From a virus (taxonomy: Duplodnaviria > Caudoviricetes), in the IMG/VR virus record IMGVR_UViG_3300022307_000005, positions 1-39,181 of that record: DNA of 39,181 nucleotides; one strand, written 5' to 3'. Positions 18,914-29,511 of the stretch are shown here, in pieces. The position numbers were made by a program, and so were the translations under genes. The notes beneath the pieces are model-generated. The model did no database searches. It was not told the DNA's origin and saw nothing but the letters and a program-made list of their open reading frames with translations. The first letter of the stretch is position 1; the number at the start of each line of letters is the position of its first letter.

Positions 18914-19663
18914 TTACACTCCTAATTTCGCCCGTATCCTGGGAGACATAAACGAGATATACTCATCCCGATCTTTAAATGTTCCCTTCTTTATCCCAGT
19001 CTGACAGGCTTCTTCATACTCAGGGGGAAGTTTACCTTTGGAACTCGGTGTTCCTTGGCCTGATCCTTGCCCGAGCATTTCAAAACGATCTGGGGATTCT
19101 TTAACCAACTGATTAAATACAGCTTTCATTCCTTGATTTTCCATTTCTCGCGCTACAGTTTGCACCGCGATAGTGGGATCAATTCCTCTACCGATAAGCT
19201 GCCTGGCCCCCGATTCGATTTCTTTATCTTTACCTCTTAGCCATTGACTTTCGCCGATATTAATCGCGGTCATGGCATCTTTCATTTTTTGGTCTTTAAG
19301 GTTTTGAAGTCTTTGATCTGCCTCAGTTTTCATCGAAGAATATCTATCAAAAGCTTCGGTCACTTGCCCCCCAAGAACCATTGCGTGTAACTCTTCATCG
19401 AAAGTTGAAGGCGGACCGGAAGAAGAAAACTGTTGACTTCCTCGATCCAGCCGGTCGGTTATCTGCTGGAGCATGCTTTTAAATTCACCCATTTGTTTTG
19501 CGGTATCTTTGCTGCCGGCTTCAACTCTACCGAGCCAACTTTTTATCTTTTGTACTTCGTCTGGGGGAAGATTCTGATTTTGAGAACCCACATTAACACT
19601 GGGTGTTCCGTCTTCTGTCCCGGTGCTGCCATTACCATTCTGATTTACATTTTCTTCTGCCAT
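18914..19663 (-). CDS. Capsid scaffolding protein
   Basis: Disordered acidic N-terminus, coiled coil, C-terminal helical motif; between portal and capsid. Confidence 0.7.
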   Translation of the reverse strand: MAEENVNQNGNGSTGTEDGTPSVNVGSQNQNLPPDEVQKIKSWLGRVEAGSKDTAKQMGEFKSMLQQITDRLDRGSQQFSSSGPPSTFDEELHAMVLGGQVTEAFDRYSSMKTEADQRLQNLKDQKMKDAMTAINIGESQWLRGKDKEIESGARQLIGRGIDPTIAVQTVAREMENQGMKAVFNQLVKESPDRFEMLGQGSGQGTPSSKGKLPPEYEEACQTGIKKGTFKDRDEYISFMSPRIRAKLGV

Positions 19664-19693
19664 GATAAGTATCCTTTCTTACACCCAAAGGGC

Positions 19694-20056
19694 TTAATTA
19701 TTATCGGCCCGGCCCCTCGCCTGGACCATCATTTCAGACACCCGGATTAAAAATTCAATACGGAGTTTGATCTCATTTAAAAGACTTAATGATTCTTCTT
19801 TACCTTTCTCACTGGCACGATCTGTTGCGATAGCTTTTAAAACCTTAGCCCGAACATCCTTGGCAAGAGAATCCAAAACAATATTTCCACCTTCTTCCAC
19901 CCAAAGCTCGAGGTTTTCCCTCTGCTGAGATTTCTTTTTATTTACAAAAGCAACGTATCCAGGGTTATTAGGATCAATCTCTTTCTCAATTGTATCCCCA
20001 AAAATAACCCGCATTATCGTATCCCACCGATTTACCGTTTGATTTTGATTTGACAT
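19694..20056 (-). CDS. Hypothetical helical protein downstream of portal
   Basis: 120 aa; conserved slot after portal in podoviruses. Confidence 0.65.
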   Translation of the reverse strand: MSNQNQTVNRWDTIMRVIFGDTIEKEIDPNNPGYVAFVNKKKSQQRENLELWVEEGGNIVLDSLAKDVRAKVLKAIATDRASEKGKEESLSLLNEIKLRIEFLIRVSEMMVQARGRADNN

Positions 20057-20057
20057 T

Positions 20058-21896
20058 TTAAGACCTCATTAACCCCGCAGGCGGAGACACCTGGTTTCTG
20101 ACACTTCTTTCCGATTGACTCATCGCAAGCCCGTTTTGATTGGACGGCGGCGCGTTTCCTGTTCTTATCCCATTAATAGTTTCTTTCTCTGGATTACGAG
20201 CTGCCTGCTGCGCACCGAACTGTTCGTCAAAAAGAGCTGCGATTTTTGGCTCATTCCTATTCCGCAATATATGACCTATAAAATAATTTAACACTTGTGC
20301 TGTATTCGGGTTTGGTACAGTTGATAAAATCTGGATCAACTGAATATCCTGTTGGATTTCAACTTCTTTTTGCTGGTCCAATTTAACCGCCGCTGCTTTC
20401 GGCTCATATTGATATTCCTCTTCCCAAATATCGAAATTAAACGGTTCCCCCAACGTCATAAGAAAAGTAAGAGGGCTTGAGAATTTTTGAGCAAACCGAA
20501 TACTCATTTGAGCTCCGGGGCGTAGCCACGTAAACTCAATCAACTGAACAATTAAATCCATTTTCTCAATAGAAAATTGGCTGTTCAAAACCCCCTGCGT
20601 TGCTGTGTTACTCTTATCCATGCCCTGAAAAGTCGGTGTTACCGAAGAAGTGAGATCCACCTCACGGCTTAACATATCATGCGTAATCCATACATCCTGA
20701 GGGACCGGGGGTAACGACGGAAAAACCACTGTTTCCTGTGGGTTTTCAACAGACCATTTCTGCCCAGGCGCGTGAACAATTGTATCCCAATCAACTTGGG
20801 CGAACTTATCGAAGATAACCGGAGGCATCGCCTCAATGTTTTTCCGGTCGAACGCCATATTCAAATTGTCCTGAATTGCAGTAATCATATCCGCGACGGG
20901 CTCAACCATACCCATTGCCGGCCATCTATCAGGATCAAGAAACAGTTGAGGGTTAATAATATTTATTTCTTTATAAGGATTTTCCTCAAAACGGATAAGG
21001 ACCGGAATATCCAGATTGGCGATAGAAACCACCATTTGTTTGTACTCGATTTTTTCATTTTCTCCAATTTTACGTAAATCAAAAACCGGCTCATCTTTCC
21101 CATCTTTACCCCTCCTTACCGGCATCTTTCCTTGACGTTCATAAATTTCAACCGGTCGGTAGAATTGACTGTCCGGGGGGTCATTCAATTGGTCCTTCGA
21201 TGTTGATAGATTTACCCCTGTCTGACTATCTGTAGTTTTTTGGCCCCGATCCTCTAACATATCATCCACAATATCCAGGTTGATGTAATCAATCTTGGAA
21301 GAATACAATTCGTCCAACCCAATTACTTCGCGATGAATAAAAAACCTTCCTTCCTGAGCTGGTTTCCCCGGTGGTAAAAGCCAATCCGTAATGACATTTC
21401 TATTATTTAAAATCGTATCTTCCGGATAATCTTTAACGGGAATCATTCTCCCGTTGATTTCCTGGAATTCCTGAACCATTGTTTTCTTAATAAAGCATTG
21501 CCCGTAAAGAAGAAGCCCAAGACAACCCAAAACCAATTTTATAAAATACCGGTTTTTACAATACCATTTATCCAGTAATACTTCTCTTTGAAGACAACCT
21601 CTTTTATTAAACCCCTCAACCCCAACAATCGGTGTGGCCCCATTTATCTTTTGAGTTATATAAGACACGGCTTTCCACACGATTTGGAAAGCCTTTCGGA
21701 GAACAACGTTAGATTCATAATCATATTTTTTTTCGGGGCGTTCGCCACGGAACATGTCATAAAGATCCTGATATAAATCCTCCATGCCCCCGAAATGCTC
21801 TTTCCCACGGTCGGCCTCTTCCATCACATACCGGCAAAGATCTTTCTGCCATCGCGGAAGTTTTTCTACCCGACCTGTATAATCTCTATTCTCCAT
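20058..21896 (-). CDS. Portal protein (P22-like)
   Basis: Size and position after TerL; ENPY, GMVEPV..IQDNLN, TATQ motifs; start MENRD after GGAG. Confidence 0.85.
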   Translation of the reverse strand: MENRDYTGRVEKLPRWQKDLCRYVMEEADRGKEHFGGMEDLYQDLYDMFRGERPEKKYDYESNVVLRKAFQIVWKAVSYITQKINGATPIVGVEGFNKRGCLQREVLLDKWYCKNRYFIKLVLGCLGLLLYGQCFIKKTMVQEFQEINGRMIPVKDYPEDTILNNRNVITDWLLPPGKPAQEGRFFIHREVIGLDELYSSKIDYINLDIVDDMLEDRGQKTTDSQTGVNLSTSKDQLNDPPDSQFYRPVEIYERQGKMPVRRGKDGKDEPVFDLRKIGENEKIEYKQMVVSIANLDIPVLIRFEENPYKEINIINPQLFLDPDRWPAMGMVEPVADMITAIQDNLNMAFDRKNIEAMPPVIFDKFAQVDWDTIVHAPGQKWSVENPQETVVFPSLPPVPQDVWITHDMLSREVDLTSSVTPTFQGMDKSNTATQGVLNSQFSIEKMDLIVQLIEFTWLRPGAQMSIRFAQKFSSPLTFLMTLGEPFNFDIWEEEYQYEPKAAAVKLDQQKEVEIQQDIQLIQILSTVPNPNTAQVLNYFIGHILRNRNEPKIAALFDEQFGAQQAARNPEKETINGIRTGNAPPSNQNGLAMSQSERSVRNQVSPPAGLMRS

Positions 21897-22131
21897 TTTC
21901 AAAATTCTCCAAGATAAGGAATTCAATCAATTCCGTACTCAACTCATACTTATATTTTTCATGAGAAAGATACACAAAAATTTCGGTGATTTTATCCTCT
22001 GCCAACCAATCTTGGAGCATCTTTTTTTCTTTACCCCCAAAGACTGGTACCTCGTTCTTCCGAAAAGTCCGAATATAATTGTGATTAAAAACCCTCTGAT
22101 TGCAAGGTGATTTATAATATCCTAAACCCAT
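21886..22131 (-). CDS. Hypothetical protein between TerL and portal
   Basis: Fills the gap, overlapping both neighbours; start MGLGYY uncertain. Confidence 0.5.
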   Translation of the reverse strand: MGLGYYKSPCNQRVFNHNYIRTFRKNEVPVFGGKEKKMLQDWLAEDKITEIFVYLSHEKYKYELSTELIEFLILENFENGE

Positions 22132-23761
22132 ACCTCCGCCTTTCCGGTTTTTCATAAAGCGGCTTGGACCCTCTCCCCGTAACACTGCCTTTCTGAAAAC
22201 CAATAAGATTTAAATCAGGCCTCGAAAACCGTTTCATTCTTTTATCTTTCCCGAATGCTTCAAGAACCATATTATCATGACTAAATTTCTCAATCGGTTT
22301 CTGATTAAGATCGTTTCTCGCTTTAGTAGCAACTCCTATATGCTCTGCAAAACGCCAATTTCGAATAGATTTATCAAACCTTGGGCAGGTCGAACAAACC
22401 CATAGAGTCGGAAGGACTTTTAGTTCGCCGTGGACCAAAGAACGATTATTAAAAGGTTTCCCAACTTTGGCCGCGTTCTTTAATCTTTTCCGAACTTCGT
22501 CTCTCCCCTTTTCGGTTTTAGTATCCCATGACTTAAAATAGCCAGCGGTGCCAATACCATGGTTCTGCCTTAAAGCCAAAAGGTGCCGATTGATATCCTG
22601 AATAACGGTCGTCCCACTGTTTGGTTGTTTCGCAGCCGCTAACGGATCGATAAGATCCACCGTATAATAATAAGCTCCACTTTTTCGGGCAATCCTTTTA
22701 CATATCTCTTCGGTCGTAAAAGCGAAAGCTCCATCTATCGCCGGGTGATCTTCCTGCCATAAAAACCATTCATCATCTTCCGAAGCCCAAAGCCATCCTA
22801 TTGACCATGGAACACGGCTATTATGATAATCTATCCCTCTCCCATGAATACCAGTAAAAGGAACGCCATCTGGAAAATAGGTATTGTAATCAATGAAATG
22901 AACCGCATGATTATAACTCTTATGAATCATTCCTGTCGCAGCTTTAAACACCCCATACCGGGAAGTCATAACCGTGTCCTCATCCTCCCCGGCAAAATTC
23001 TGTTCAATTTGTGCTTCGGTCAATATGGGGTTATCATCAGTCGCGATCTGAATGCATGCTATATTGGGATTCCCCGCTGGAAACTCTTCAAGTTGCTGCC
23101 CCCCTAAAGCCGCAATTATCTTATCGCTTTTATACAAACGGCTTTTGACTTGCCACATATCGTCGTATAAATAACTGATACCGCTCTTTGGTGTAAGCGT
23201 AATGATCAAATCCCCATCGGTCCCAATCAATCTTCTCTTTGATTCTTCGAGGTAAGGAAGCGGGGGCTCCTCATCCGCCCAAAGAGAATCCCTGTTAACC
23301 GAAGCTAAAGTCTGAAGATCCTGCTTCCAAGAAACAAACTCAAAATAACAGATGCCGTGAGTCGGACTTCGCACCGACATCACTGAACTTCGATTTGTGA
23401 CATCTTTTATAATAAGTTCTGGCGGAATCAATTCCTTCAACTCGATATAAGGGGCGCACCGGGATTCATCTTCTTCGTCAGTTAAAGGCCGAACAGCCGC
23501 AAGAATACGAATATGCTTTGCAAGCCTATTTCTCTCTTCCAGCGGGTGCATTCCATTTATTCTGAGCCAATATTCTTTAGCCGCAGAGTGCGTTTTACCG
23601 CCCCTGTTTCCGGCAAAGAAACCCCGTATCTTATGAGGTATATGAGTCATCTCATGAAAAAAATCCGTTGGCTTTGACTTCAACAAACTATTGAAAAGAA
23701 GCAAAGCTTTTTTATCGACGTATTCTAACCTGAGACTTGATTTTAACGCTGCTTGCACCAT
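22112..23761 (-). CDS. terL: Terminase large subunit
   Basis: Walker A AGNRGGKT, Walker B WADEEPP, motif III TLTP, DNP, nuclease GIDY and HD. Confidence 0.93.
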   Translation of the reverse strand: MVQAALKSSLRLEYVDKKALLLFNSLLKSKPTDFFHEMTHIPHKIRGFFAGNRGGKTHSAAKEYWLRINGMHPLEERNRLAKHIRILAAVRPLTDEEDESRCAPYIELKELIPPELIIKDVTNRSSVMSVRSPTHGICYFEFVSWKQDLQTLASVNRDSLWADEEPPLPYLEESKRRLIGTDGDLIITLTPKSGISYLYDDMWQVKSRLYKSDKIIAALGGQQLEEFPAGNPNIACIQIATDDNPILTEAQIEQNFAGEDEDTVMTSRYGVFKAATGMIHKSYNHAVHFIDYNTYFPDGVPFTGIHGRGIDYHNSRVPWSIGWLWASEDDEWFLWQEDHPAIDGAFAFTTEEICKRIARKSGAYYYTVDLIDPLAAAKQPNSGTTVIQDINRHLLALRQNHGIGTAGYFKSWDTKTEKGRDEVRKRLKNAAKVGKPFNNRSLVHGELKVLPTLWVCSTCPRFDKSIRNWRFAEHIGVATKARNDLNQKPIEKFSHDNMVLEAFGKDKRMKRFSRPDLNLIGFQKGSVTGRGSKPLYEKPERRRYGFRIL

Positions 23762-23779
23762 TAATACCTCATGTATTTT

Positions 23780-24172
23780 TTAAGAAAGGACATCCGGGTC
23801 ATCCTCATCTTCATCACCGTTCAGCTTTCTGATATTCGCCCGAGCTTCTGCGGCATAATCTTTATTGCTGTCGAACGTAGTCACCAAATCTCTATATTTC
23901 TGCAAGAAGGATTGAGGTGTAAAATTCCCTCCACATTTCAAGCAAATGTATGTTGAATCTTCTTTGGCATAGAATACTTGATTCATCATTCCGCAGTACG
24001 GACATTTCGTTCCTGAACTTGATTCAACCTTCTTCCGCTTAACGCCAGCAGCACATTTTTTCACATCGGAAAGGTAAGCCTCTTCATTATTGATATTAAA
24101 AGCTCTCTCACAAAAAGGACAATTTATATACTCTGCGGTCCCTTTACTCTCTGTTTTCTTTTTCCGAGCCAC
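23780..24172 (-). CDS. Zinc-ribbon protein
   Basis: CPFC, CPYC, CLKC; GTG start. Confidence 0.7.
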   Translation of the reverse strand: MARKKKTESKGTAEYINCPFCERAFNINNEEAYLSDVKKCAAGVKRKKVESSSGTKCPYCGMMNQVFYAKEDSTYICLKCGGNFTPQSFLQKYRDLVTTFDSNKDYAAEARANIRKLNGDEDEDDPDVLS

Positions 24173-24175
24173 AAA

Positions 24176-24352
24176 TCACCTTTTCCCGTTTCGTTTTTTC
24201 TCCAACTGATTAACCTGATTAATCATGTTCTGCCGACGTTTTTTAACAGCCTTTGCCGCTGTCGGATTCACTATATTCATAAACTGATTTGCGAAATCCT
24301 GAGCGTGCTGAACCTCCGGTGATATTGTCGTTGATTTCTTTTTTTTTACCAT
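24176..24352 (-). CDS. Small basic protein (58 aa)
   Basis: Hand translation MVKKKKSTTISPEVQHAQDF...RNGKR*; fills gap, GGGG RBS. Confidence 0.6.
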   Translation of the reverse strand: MVKKKKSTTISPEVQHAQDFANQFMNIVNPTAAKAVKKRRQNMINQVNQLEKKRNGKR

Positions 24353-24362
24353 AACTGACCCC

Positions 24363-24686
24363 CTATACGTATTTTATAATGACTTTACAATTCGCGGCCG
24401 TATCGAGAGTACACTCGGAAATGTCAATAAAAGGTTCAAACCATTCCGGGGGATTCTGATACTCAATAGATGGGGTTGTGTCCGCCACGGCTAAACCGGA
24501 ATCAAAAATAACTTCCCCCCCAATCATTTTATTCCGAATGATCATTCGATCATTGGCGGCCGAAGGATAAAAAGCAAAACTCTTTATCTTCATATTCCCG
24601 TGAACTGCCGATGCATTCGAATCCCAATCGGCGTCAAGACCGGTGATTGTGATTGTTCTTCTTTTTTCTAAGGTTGTATTGGCCAT
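24363..24686 (-). CDS. Small beta-rich putative virion protein
   Basis: AAGGAG RBS; alternating beta-strand pattern; no signal peptide. Confidence 0.6.
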   Translation of the reverse strand: MANTTLEKRRTITITGLDADWDSNASAVHGNMKIKSFAFYPSAANDRMIIRNKMIGGEVIFDSGLAVADTTPSIEYQNPPEWFEPFIDISECTLDTAANCKVIIKYV

Positions 24687-24738
24687 TAAAACTCTCCTTA
24701 TCGTGAAATTAAATTCATAGTTCTATTTTATCTGCCAC

Positions 24739-25080
24739 CTAATCTTTAAACAACTCTTTACTTTTAACGAGCGATTCAATTATTTTTCCAGGGAGATCGT
24801 TTCCTATTTCTGTTATTCTGCCCTGGAGCGTATCCATTCCTACACGCATTTCGGTCTGCATATCTTTTAGTGTTTTTTCCATACGCTCTTGGCACTTAGA
24901 ACTCTCTGATTTTAATTGCACTCTAATATTTTCGTCCTGGTCAAAAAGTATCTTGTCATGCCGTCTCAGCTTTATAGATGCACGTGTGAACGTAGCAATC
25001 CAGCCGGCCAAGAAAGTTGTAGGCAAAATAAAACTTTTTAGCTTATCCCAAAAATCAGGGTCCAATGATGGATCAGACAT
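24739..25080 (-). CDS. Membrane-anchored coiled-coil protein (lysis-cassette type)
   Basis: One hydrophobic segment FILPTTFLAGWIATF followed by a coiled coil; adjacent to holin-like gene. Confidence 0.55.
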   Translation of the reverse strand: MSDPSLDPDFWDKLKSFILPTTFLAGWIATFTRASIKLRRHDKILFDQDENIRVQLKSESSKCQERMEKTLKDMQTEMRVGMDTLQGRITEIGNDLPGKIIESLVKSKELFKD

Positions 25081-25088
25081 GATGCTCC

Positions 25089-25310
25089 TTATTCTGTTTT
25101 AGGTTTTTCTTTACCCTTCTGAAATGTTTTTAATCCAAGCGCACCCAAGACAAGACCTATTTGTTCGATATCAAGCGGTAATAATTGCCCCTGTTTAATG
25201 CACGTATATGACCACGTAAGCATCACAATCAAACATATTAAAGCCGTTATCATCCTCATTGATGAAGGGTTCCCATTATCTTCTGATAAAATACGCGCTA
25301 AAAAGTTCAT
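25089..25310 (-). CDS. Putative class II holin
   Basis: 73 aa, SSMR motif, two TM segments, Lys-rich C-tail. Confidence 0.7.
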   Translation of the reverse strand: MNFLARILSEDNGNPSSMRMITALICLIVMLTWSYTCIKQGQLLPLDIEQIGLVLGALGLKTFQKGKEKPKTE

Positions 25311-25312
25311 AG

Positions 25313-26866
25313 TTACTCCCTAAAAATTATAGCCTTCCCATTTACAGGGTCACATATACCAACCTTACCATTTGCATTGTAAACGCCTGTTTTGCTGGTT
25401 GCTGCCGCCGCTCCAACAACACCGATTGTAAAACTGTTTGGACTCGGCGTGATGGTTGATCCGTAGGCAGTCGCGTTTGCTGGGATGTCTGCTATTGATA
25501 CTGTCTCCGTTTCTGAGCAATCATATCCGGCTGTTGCCGGAAGAGTTAGCGTTAAAACCGTGTCCGATGTACGGGTTAGATCGGTATACGCAAGAGACAC
25601 TTCAGTATCCCAATATCCGGCTCCGCTTTTATCACCATCAAAGATTGCAAGAAAGTCAGTGGTTATTTGGTTATCTGCCCCAATTGTTGCTGCCCACGTT
25701 GTATTAGTGAGCGTGAAAATTAAGGTGCGACCACCTGTGACTATGTCGTCTTCGTTTAAATCTGTTAGAGCTGTGCCTGTTACTCCGCAAGATATTGCCG
25801 ACAGCTCAAAACCTGCTGACGCGTCTCCATTTTCATCAACGACAAATAGATAAGCACCGTCAAGACTTGCAAAAGATCCTTGATTAACCGTAAAGGTTAT
25901 CTCACCGGCTGCCCATGCTGTGTGATTCTGGATTTCTCGGTGCGTACAGTTTGCAAATACTGCATTATCACCGATTTCCACACGAGCCCTTGAAGATGCA
26001 ATATACACGTCATCTATCCGTCCTGGAGTAAGCGATCCTCCGGTTCCAGGATCTCTGTTAAACTCCCAAAATGTAACCCACTCCCAATGTGCTGTCTCTC
26101 CACTTTCGTTTGTTATAATAGCAGACGGGTCTCTATCAGGACAAGGATCGCCATCATAAGTAGCATCAAGCCCCATTTGCTCGTGAAAAGTATCTCCTAC
26201 GCCGGTTTGCTGTATTTTATAGCTTACTGAACCATCTGCCGTTCCGTCAAATGTTCCTCCAGGCGCATTAGATTCAACAGCGTAAACTTCCATTCTAACC
26301 CACGTTTCGTCCGAAGGCACTAGATTGCTGTTATCATCAGCAAAAATATATCCACAGGTCGACGTCCCGGTTCCGTGAAGTGTTAGTGAAACACCAGGAG
26401 AACTATTTACATAGGCTACTATATACGATGGATAGCCAGTCACAGAATCTGGTCCTATATATAGGTGTTTATTATTATAGCTTTCTCCAAGAGATGCTGC
26501 GAAATCAAAATTTATCCAGTACGTTATATATACAGGTGATAACGTTGACCCATGCTGGTATACCATATCATCAGTTCCTTCGTCTGTATAAGCACACAAC
26601 GAAGATCCTGTTCTTTGGCCAGTGTTAGTATAAATTGGGTGATTATCCGCGTCTACTAATGCCCACCCGTTTCCAATATCATTATTATTTACACCACCTT
26701 CAAAATCATCCCATTTGTGTATAGTTGCGCCAGATCCATTGCTCCCACCAGTAATAACTATAGATTCTCCGTCACTAACTGTACCGCTTATGCTTGATAT
26801 TGTTGGCGCTGAGATCGCTACGGAAGGGATCAATAAAATTAATATGATAATTCTCATTATTCTCAC
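25313..26866 (-). CDS. Signal-peptide-bearing adhesin-like protein (Ig/IPT-like plus lectin-like domains)
   Basis: MRIIILILLIPSVAIS-A N-terminus; APTISSISG..ITG, WDDFE, WVRMEVY, IDDVYI, ARVEIGD; acidic and Thr-rich. Confidence 0.7.
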   Translation of the reverse strand: MRIMRIIILILLIPSVAISAPTISSISGTVSDGESIVITGGSNGSGATIHKWDDFEGGVNNNDIGNGWALVDADNHPIYTNTGQRTGSSLCAYTDEGTDDMVYQHGSTLSPVYITYWINFDFAASLGESYNNKHLYIGPDSVTGYPSYIVAYVNSSPGVSLTLHGTGTSTCGYIFADDNSNLVPSDETWVRMEVYAVESNAPGGTFDGTADGSVSYKIQQTGVGDTFHEQMGLDATYDGDPCPDRDPSAIITNESGETAHWEWVTFWEFNRDPGTGGSLTPGRIDDVYIASSRARVEIGDNAVFANCTHREIQNHTAWAAGEITFTVNQGSFASLDGAYLFVVDENGDASAGFELSAISCGVTGTALTDLNEDDIVTGGRTLIFTLTNTTWAATIGADNQITTDFLAIFDGDKSGAGYWDTEVSLAYTDLTRTSDTVLTLTLPATAGYDCSETETVSIADIPANATAYGSTITPSPNSFTIGVVGAAAATSKTGVYNANGKVGICDPVNGKAIIFRE

Positions 26867-27588
26867 GGGACTATATCCAATACAAGCGCCATTGATGCGC
26901 TTTCATCATTAGCGGACCACACTAATGTTTTTGTGATAGCTCCAGCGTTCCTAAGTTCATAATACCCAGCGATGGCAAGTGAACTAAGTGTTTCAGTGCC
27001 TATTACTGTCACTGAATCTGGAGCGGTATTTACCGTTTTCCCGCCTTCGTTGGCGTATACAACGATCAAAATAGAATCGTCGGTGCAAGTTACTGATCCT
27101 GTAGTTATCGATGATTGAGAATTTGGAATTTCGCTGGTATTTGACGCTTGATCAAGATCCCATGTTCCTCCGGTTTTAGATAACGTGATTATTACTCCCG
27201 CACAATATGTGCCGCTCCCATTTTCATCGAAATCATATGGACCGGACTCAGCAGCAGCAGCAGTTTTTGAAAAAGCGACTAACCCAGGGCCATTACCGAC
27301 AGTGTGCCAATATGAACTCATTTGAGCCCACCCAGAACATGACCATGTTGGCTCAGTTGATTGATCATCAGCGATGATAGCTATCATCTGGTGGCCCTCT
27401 GTCGTACCAACAGGCATTGTAAGCGCAAAGGCATCGGTAGAGTTTGATTGCGCCGAGCTAACGCCAATTATGGATATTGGGCTGCCAGCTTCAGACGTTA
27501 CAGCACCGCCCATAACCATTAGATGGTTAAAGGCACTGGCTTTAGAAACTAAAAACAGTAACATAAATAAGGTGATTATATTTTTCAT
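26863..27588 (-). CDS. Signal-peptide-bearing fibre-tip-like protein
   Basis: Start 27588 (TAATG overlap) MKNIITLFMLLFLVSKASA|; LTMPVGTTEGH..SGW..KTA..ESGPY resembles a common phage tail-tip beta domain. Confidence 0.7.
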   Translation of the reverse strand: MKNIITLFMLLFLVSKASAFNHLMVMGGAVTSEAGSPISIIGVSSAQSNSTDAFALTMPVGTTEGHQMIAIIADDQSTEPTWSCSGWAQMSSYWHTVGNGPGLVAFSKTAAAAESGPYDFDENGSGTYCAGVIITLSKTGGTWDLDQASNTSEIPNSQSSITTGSVTCTDDSILIVVYANEGGKTVNTAPDSVTVIGTETLSSLAIAGYYELRNAGAITKTLVWSANDESASMALVLDIVP

Positions 27589-28946
27589 TAATCTGCTGCA
27601 CCTCCATCGGTCGGTATAGCTCCCACATATCCAGTTACTTTCCAAACCTCAGCCGCAACGCACATCACACATACTTGACTACCGTCAATGTCAAGTTCAT
27701 TCCCTGCTGTCAGGGCGGCATCAATATCACCTATTACAAACTGATTGGAGGCGTCGAGAGAGGTTAGACTGTTTTGGTCTTCATCGTCTGTTATTACACA
27801 CACCCAATTGCCAACGTCTCCAGCGGCGTTACATTCACCGTCTGGGATATCTACGTCGCCGGCACCAGTCATATAAACAACTGATCTCATTTGAGCTGAA
27901 GTTAAAGCGATTCCGTCAGCATCAGTTATAAAATATGGGTTTGCTTGGAGCGTTGAAAACGACTCTGAAGATTGTTTCCCGCCATCCTCATACCACCTAT
28001 CAGTTGAGTAGACCAACGTGATAGTTGCATTTTGTTGCAGTGTTTTTGTAGATGAAAGCTGCTGCTGCCCCTCAACGGTCGCCATATCACATGTGGTCGC
28101 GCCAACAATTACTATTTTAACAGTGTCTCCGTCCTCAGCATTCGTCTCTGACATCTGTAAACTTACGTTAGAAGTATGCGGAGTGATTTCTATTATCTCA
28201 TACTCTTTATTTGCCGTCTTAGCTATCGTGTACGGATCTGCGTCCGTTGTGTAGCCGGTAGTGTAAGCTTGGCTTTCAGCTATATTCGCAACGTTTGTCC
28301 CTACCGCGGTGTCAATTGCAGCGTATAGTTCATTTAATGTATCATCGCCAGCGGCACCGTAGTTAGTATATGTACTCCCGTTATTGAGTCCTATTGCTGT
28401 ACTCCCTGCAAGAGCTCCGTCATCAAGTAAAGTCGCATCGGTCAAGGCTGAATTTAAATTTGCTATTGATGGTGTGGCAAGAAAAGATGCGATATTAGCC
28501 GCGAGCCCACTTACACCGGTAGATATTGGCAGACCGGTTGCATTCGTTAAAGTTCCGCTTGAAGGGGTTCCGAGCGCTCCGTCAAATAAAATAGGCGCTC
28601 CAGCAGAACCGATATTTATACCCAAAGCTGTCTCAACACCTGTACCAAAGCTTATCACGTCCTGAAACGCGCTTGCTTCTTCTCCGTCAAGCAAGTCAGC
28701 ATTTAAGTTCGTAACAACGGTTGTAGATGCAACCTGAAAAGGCGATGTCCCGGTAGCTTGATCAGAGATAAACCTCAATCCGGTTATCGTAAACGGGCCA
28801 ATATCCCAATTGTCAGTCATTTCTACTGTGCCATCTGCTAAAATATCGCCGGTTCCTGAAGATGACGGAGGTATCGCAGGTGGGCCCCCTGCATATACAT
28901 TAAAACAAAAAAACAATAGGAATAAAAAAATAAATAATTTTTTCAT
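27588..28946 (-). CDS. Signal-peptide-bearing tail-fibre-like protein
   Basis: MKKLFIFLFLLFFCFNVYA|; fibre motifs DGTVEMTDNWDIG, VTNLNADLLDG, LGTPSSGTLTNATGLP. Confidence 0.78.
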   Translation of the reverse strand: MKKLFIFLFLLFFCFNVYAGGPPAIPPSSSGTGDILADGTVEMTDNWDIGPFTITGLRFISDQATGTSPFQVASTTVVTNLNADLLDGEEASAFQDVISFGTGVETALGINIGSAGAPILFDGALGTPSSGTLTNATGLPISTGVSGLAANIASFLATPSIANLNSALTDATLLDDGALAGSTAIGLNNGSTYTNYGAAGDDTLNELYAAIDTAVGTNVANIAESQAYTTGYTTDADPYTIAKTANKEYEIIEITPHTSNVSLQMSETNAEDGDTVKIVIVGATTCDMATVEGQQQLSSTKTLQQNATITLVYSTDRWYEDGGKQSSESFSTLQANPYFITDADGIALTSAQMRSVVYMTGAGDVDIPDGECNAAGDVGNWVCVITDDEDQNSLTSLDASNQFVIGDIDAALTAGNELDIDGSQVCVMCVAAEVWKVTGYVGAIPTDGGAAD

Positions 28947-28955
28947 GGTAACTCC

Positions 28956-29420
28956 TTATTCAACCCAACATAAAAAATAAACCGTAACCTGATCTCCTGC
29001 ATCTCCTATATCATTTAAAGCAATGTTAAGCTCTGATACTATCGGTGGGTATGGACCCAAGTCTTCATATAGTTTATGCCATGTACCAGCATTTTGAGAC
29101 ATCCCGGTATCTGACCACAATTCAGCGTCGAATTCATTTGTAATAGTTATGTTTATGGTCGTGTTTGGTATTACCGCACCTGTTCCAGGCAGCACATAAC
29201 AAACCATCAAAGATGATCCCCTTATCGAGCTTAATAATCCACTAAGCCCTGACTCTGCTAATAAATTAGTTGCGGTCAAAGCGTTGCCGTCTGAGGTTAA
29301 AGTAGCGGACCAATAAAGATAATTTTTGTATCTTGACACCTTGGCAGCATCTATTGTCCATGCAGCCCATGCAGATTGGCTAAAAAGCAAAAAACATATA
29401 ATTAAAAATAATCTTTTCAT
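28956..29420 (-). CDS. Signal-peptide-bearing small beta-sandwich protein
   Basis: MKRLFLIICFLLFSQSAWA|; poly-G RBS. Confidence 0.72.
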   Translation of the reverse strand: MKRLFLIICFLLFSQSAWAAWTIDAAKVSRYKNYLYWSATLTSDGNALTATNLLAESGLSGLLSSIRGSSLMVCYVLPGTGAVIPNTTINITITNEFDAELWSDTGMSQNAGTWHKLYEDLGPYPPIVSELNIALNDIGDAGDQVTVYFLCWVE

Positions 29421-29511
29421 TTAAATACCCCCCCCATTTTTACTGTCTCAATATCATTTCTATAAGGTTATATTTTAAACATCTTATCTTTATATCTATT
29501 TACCAACATTT

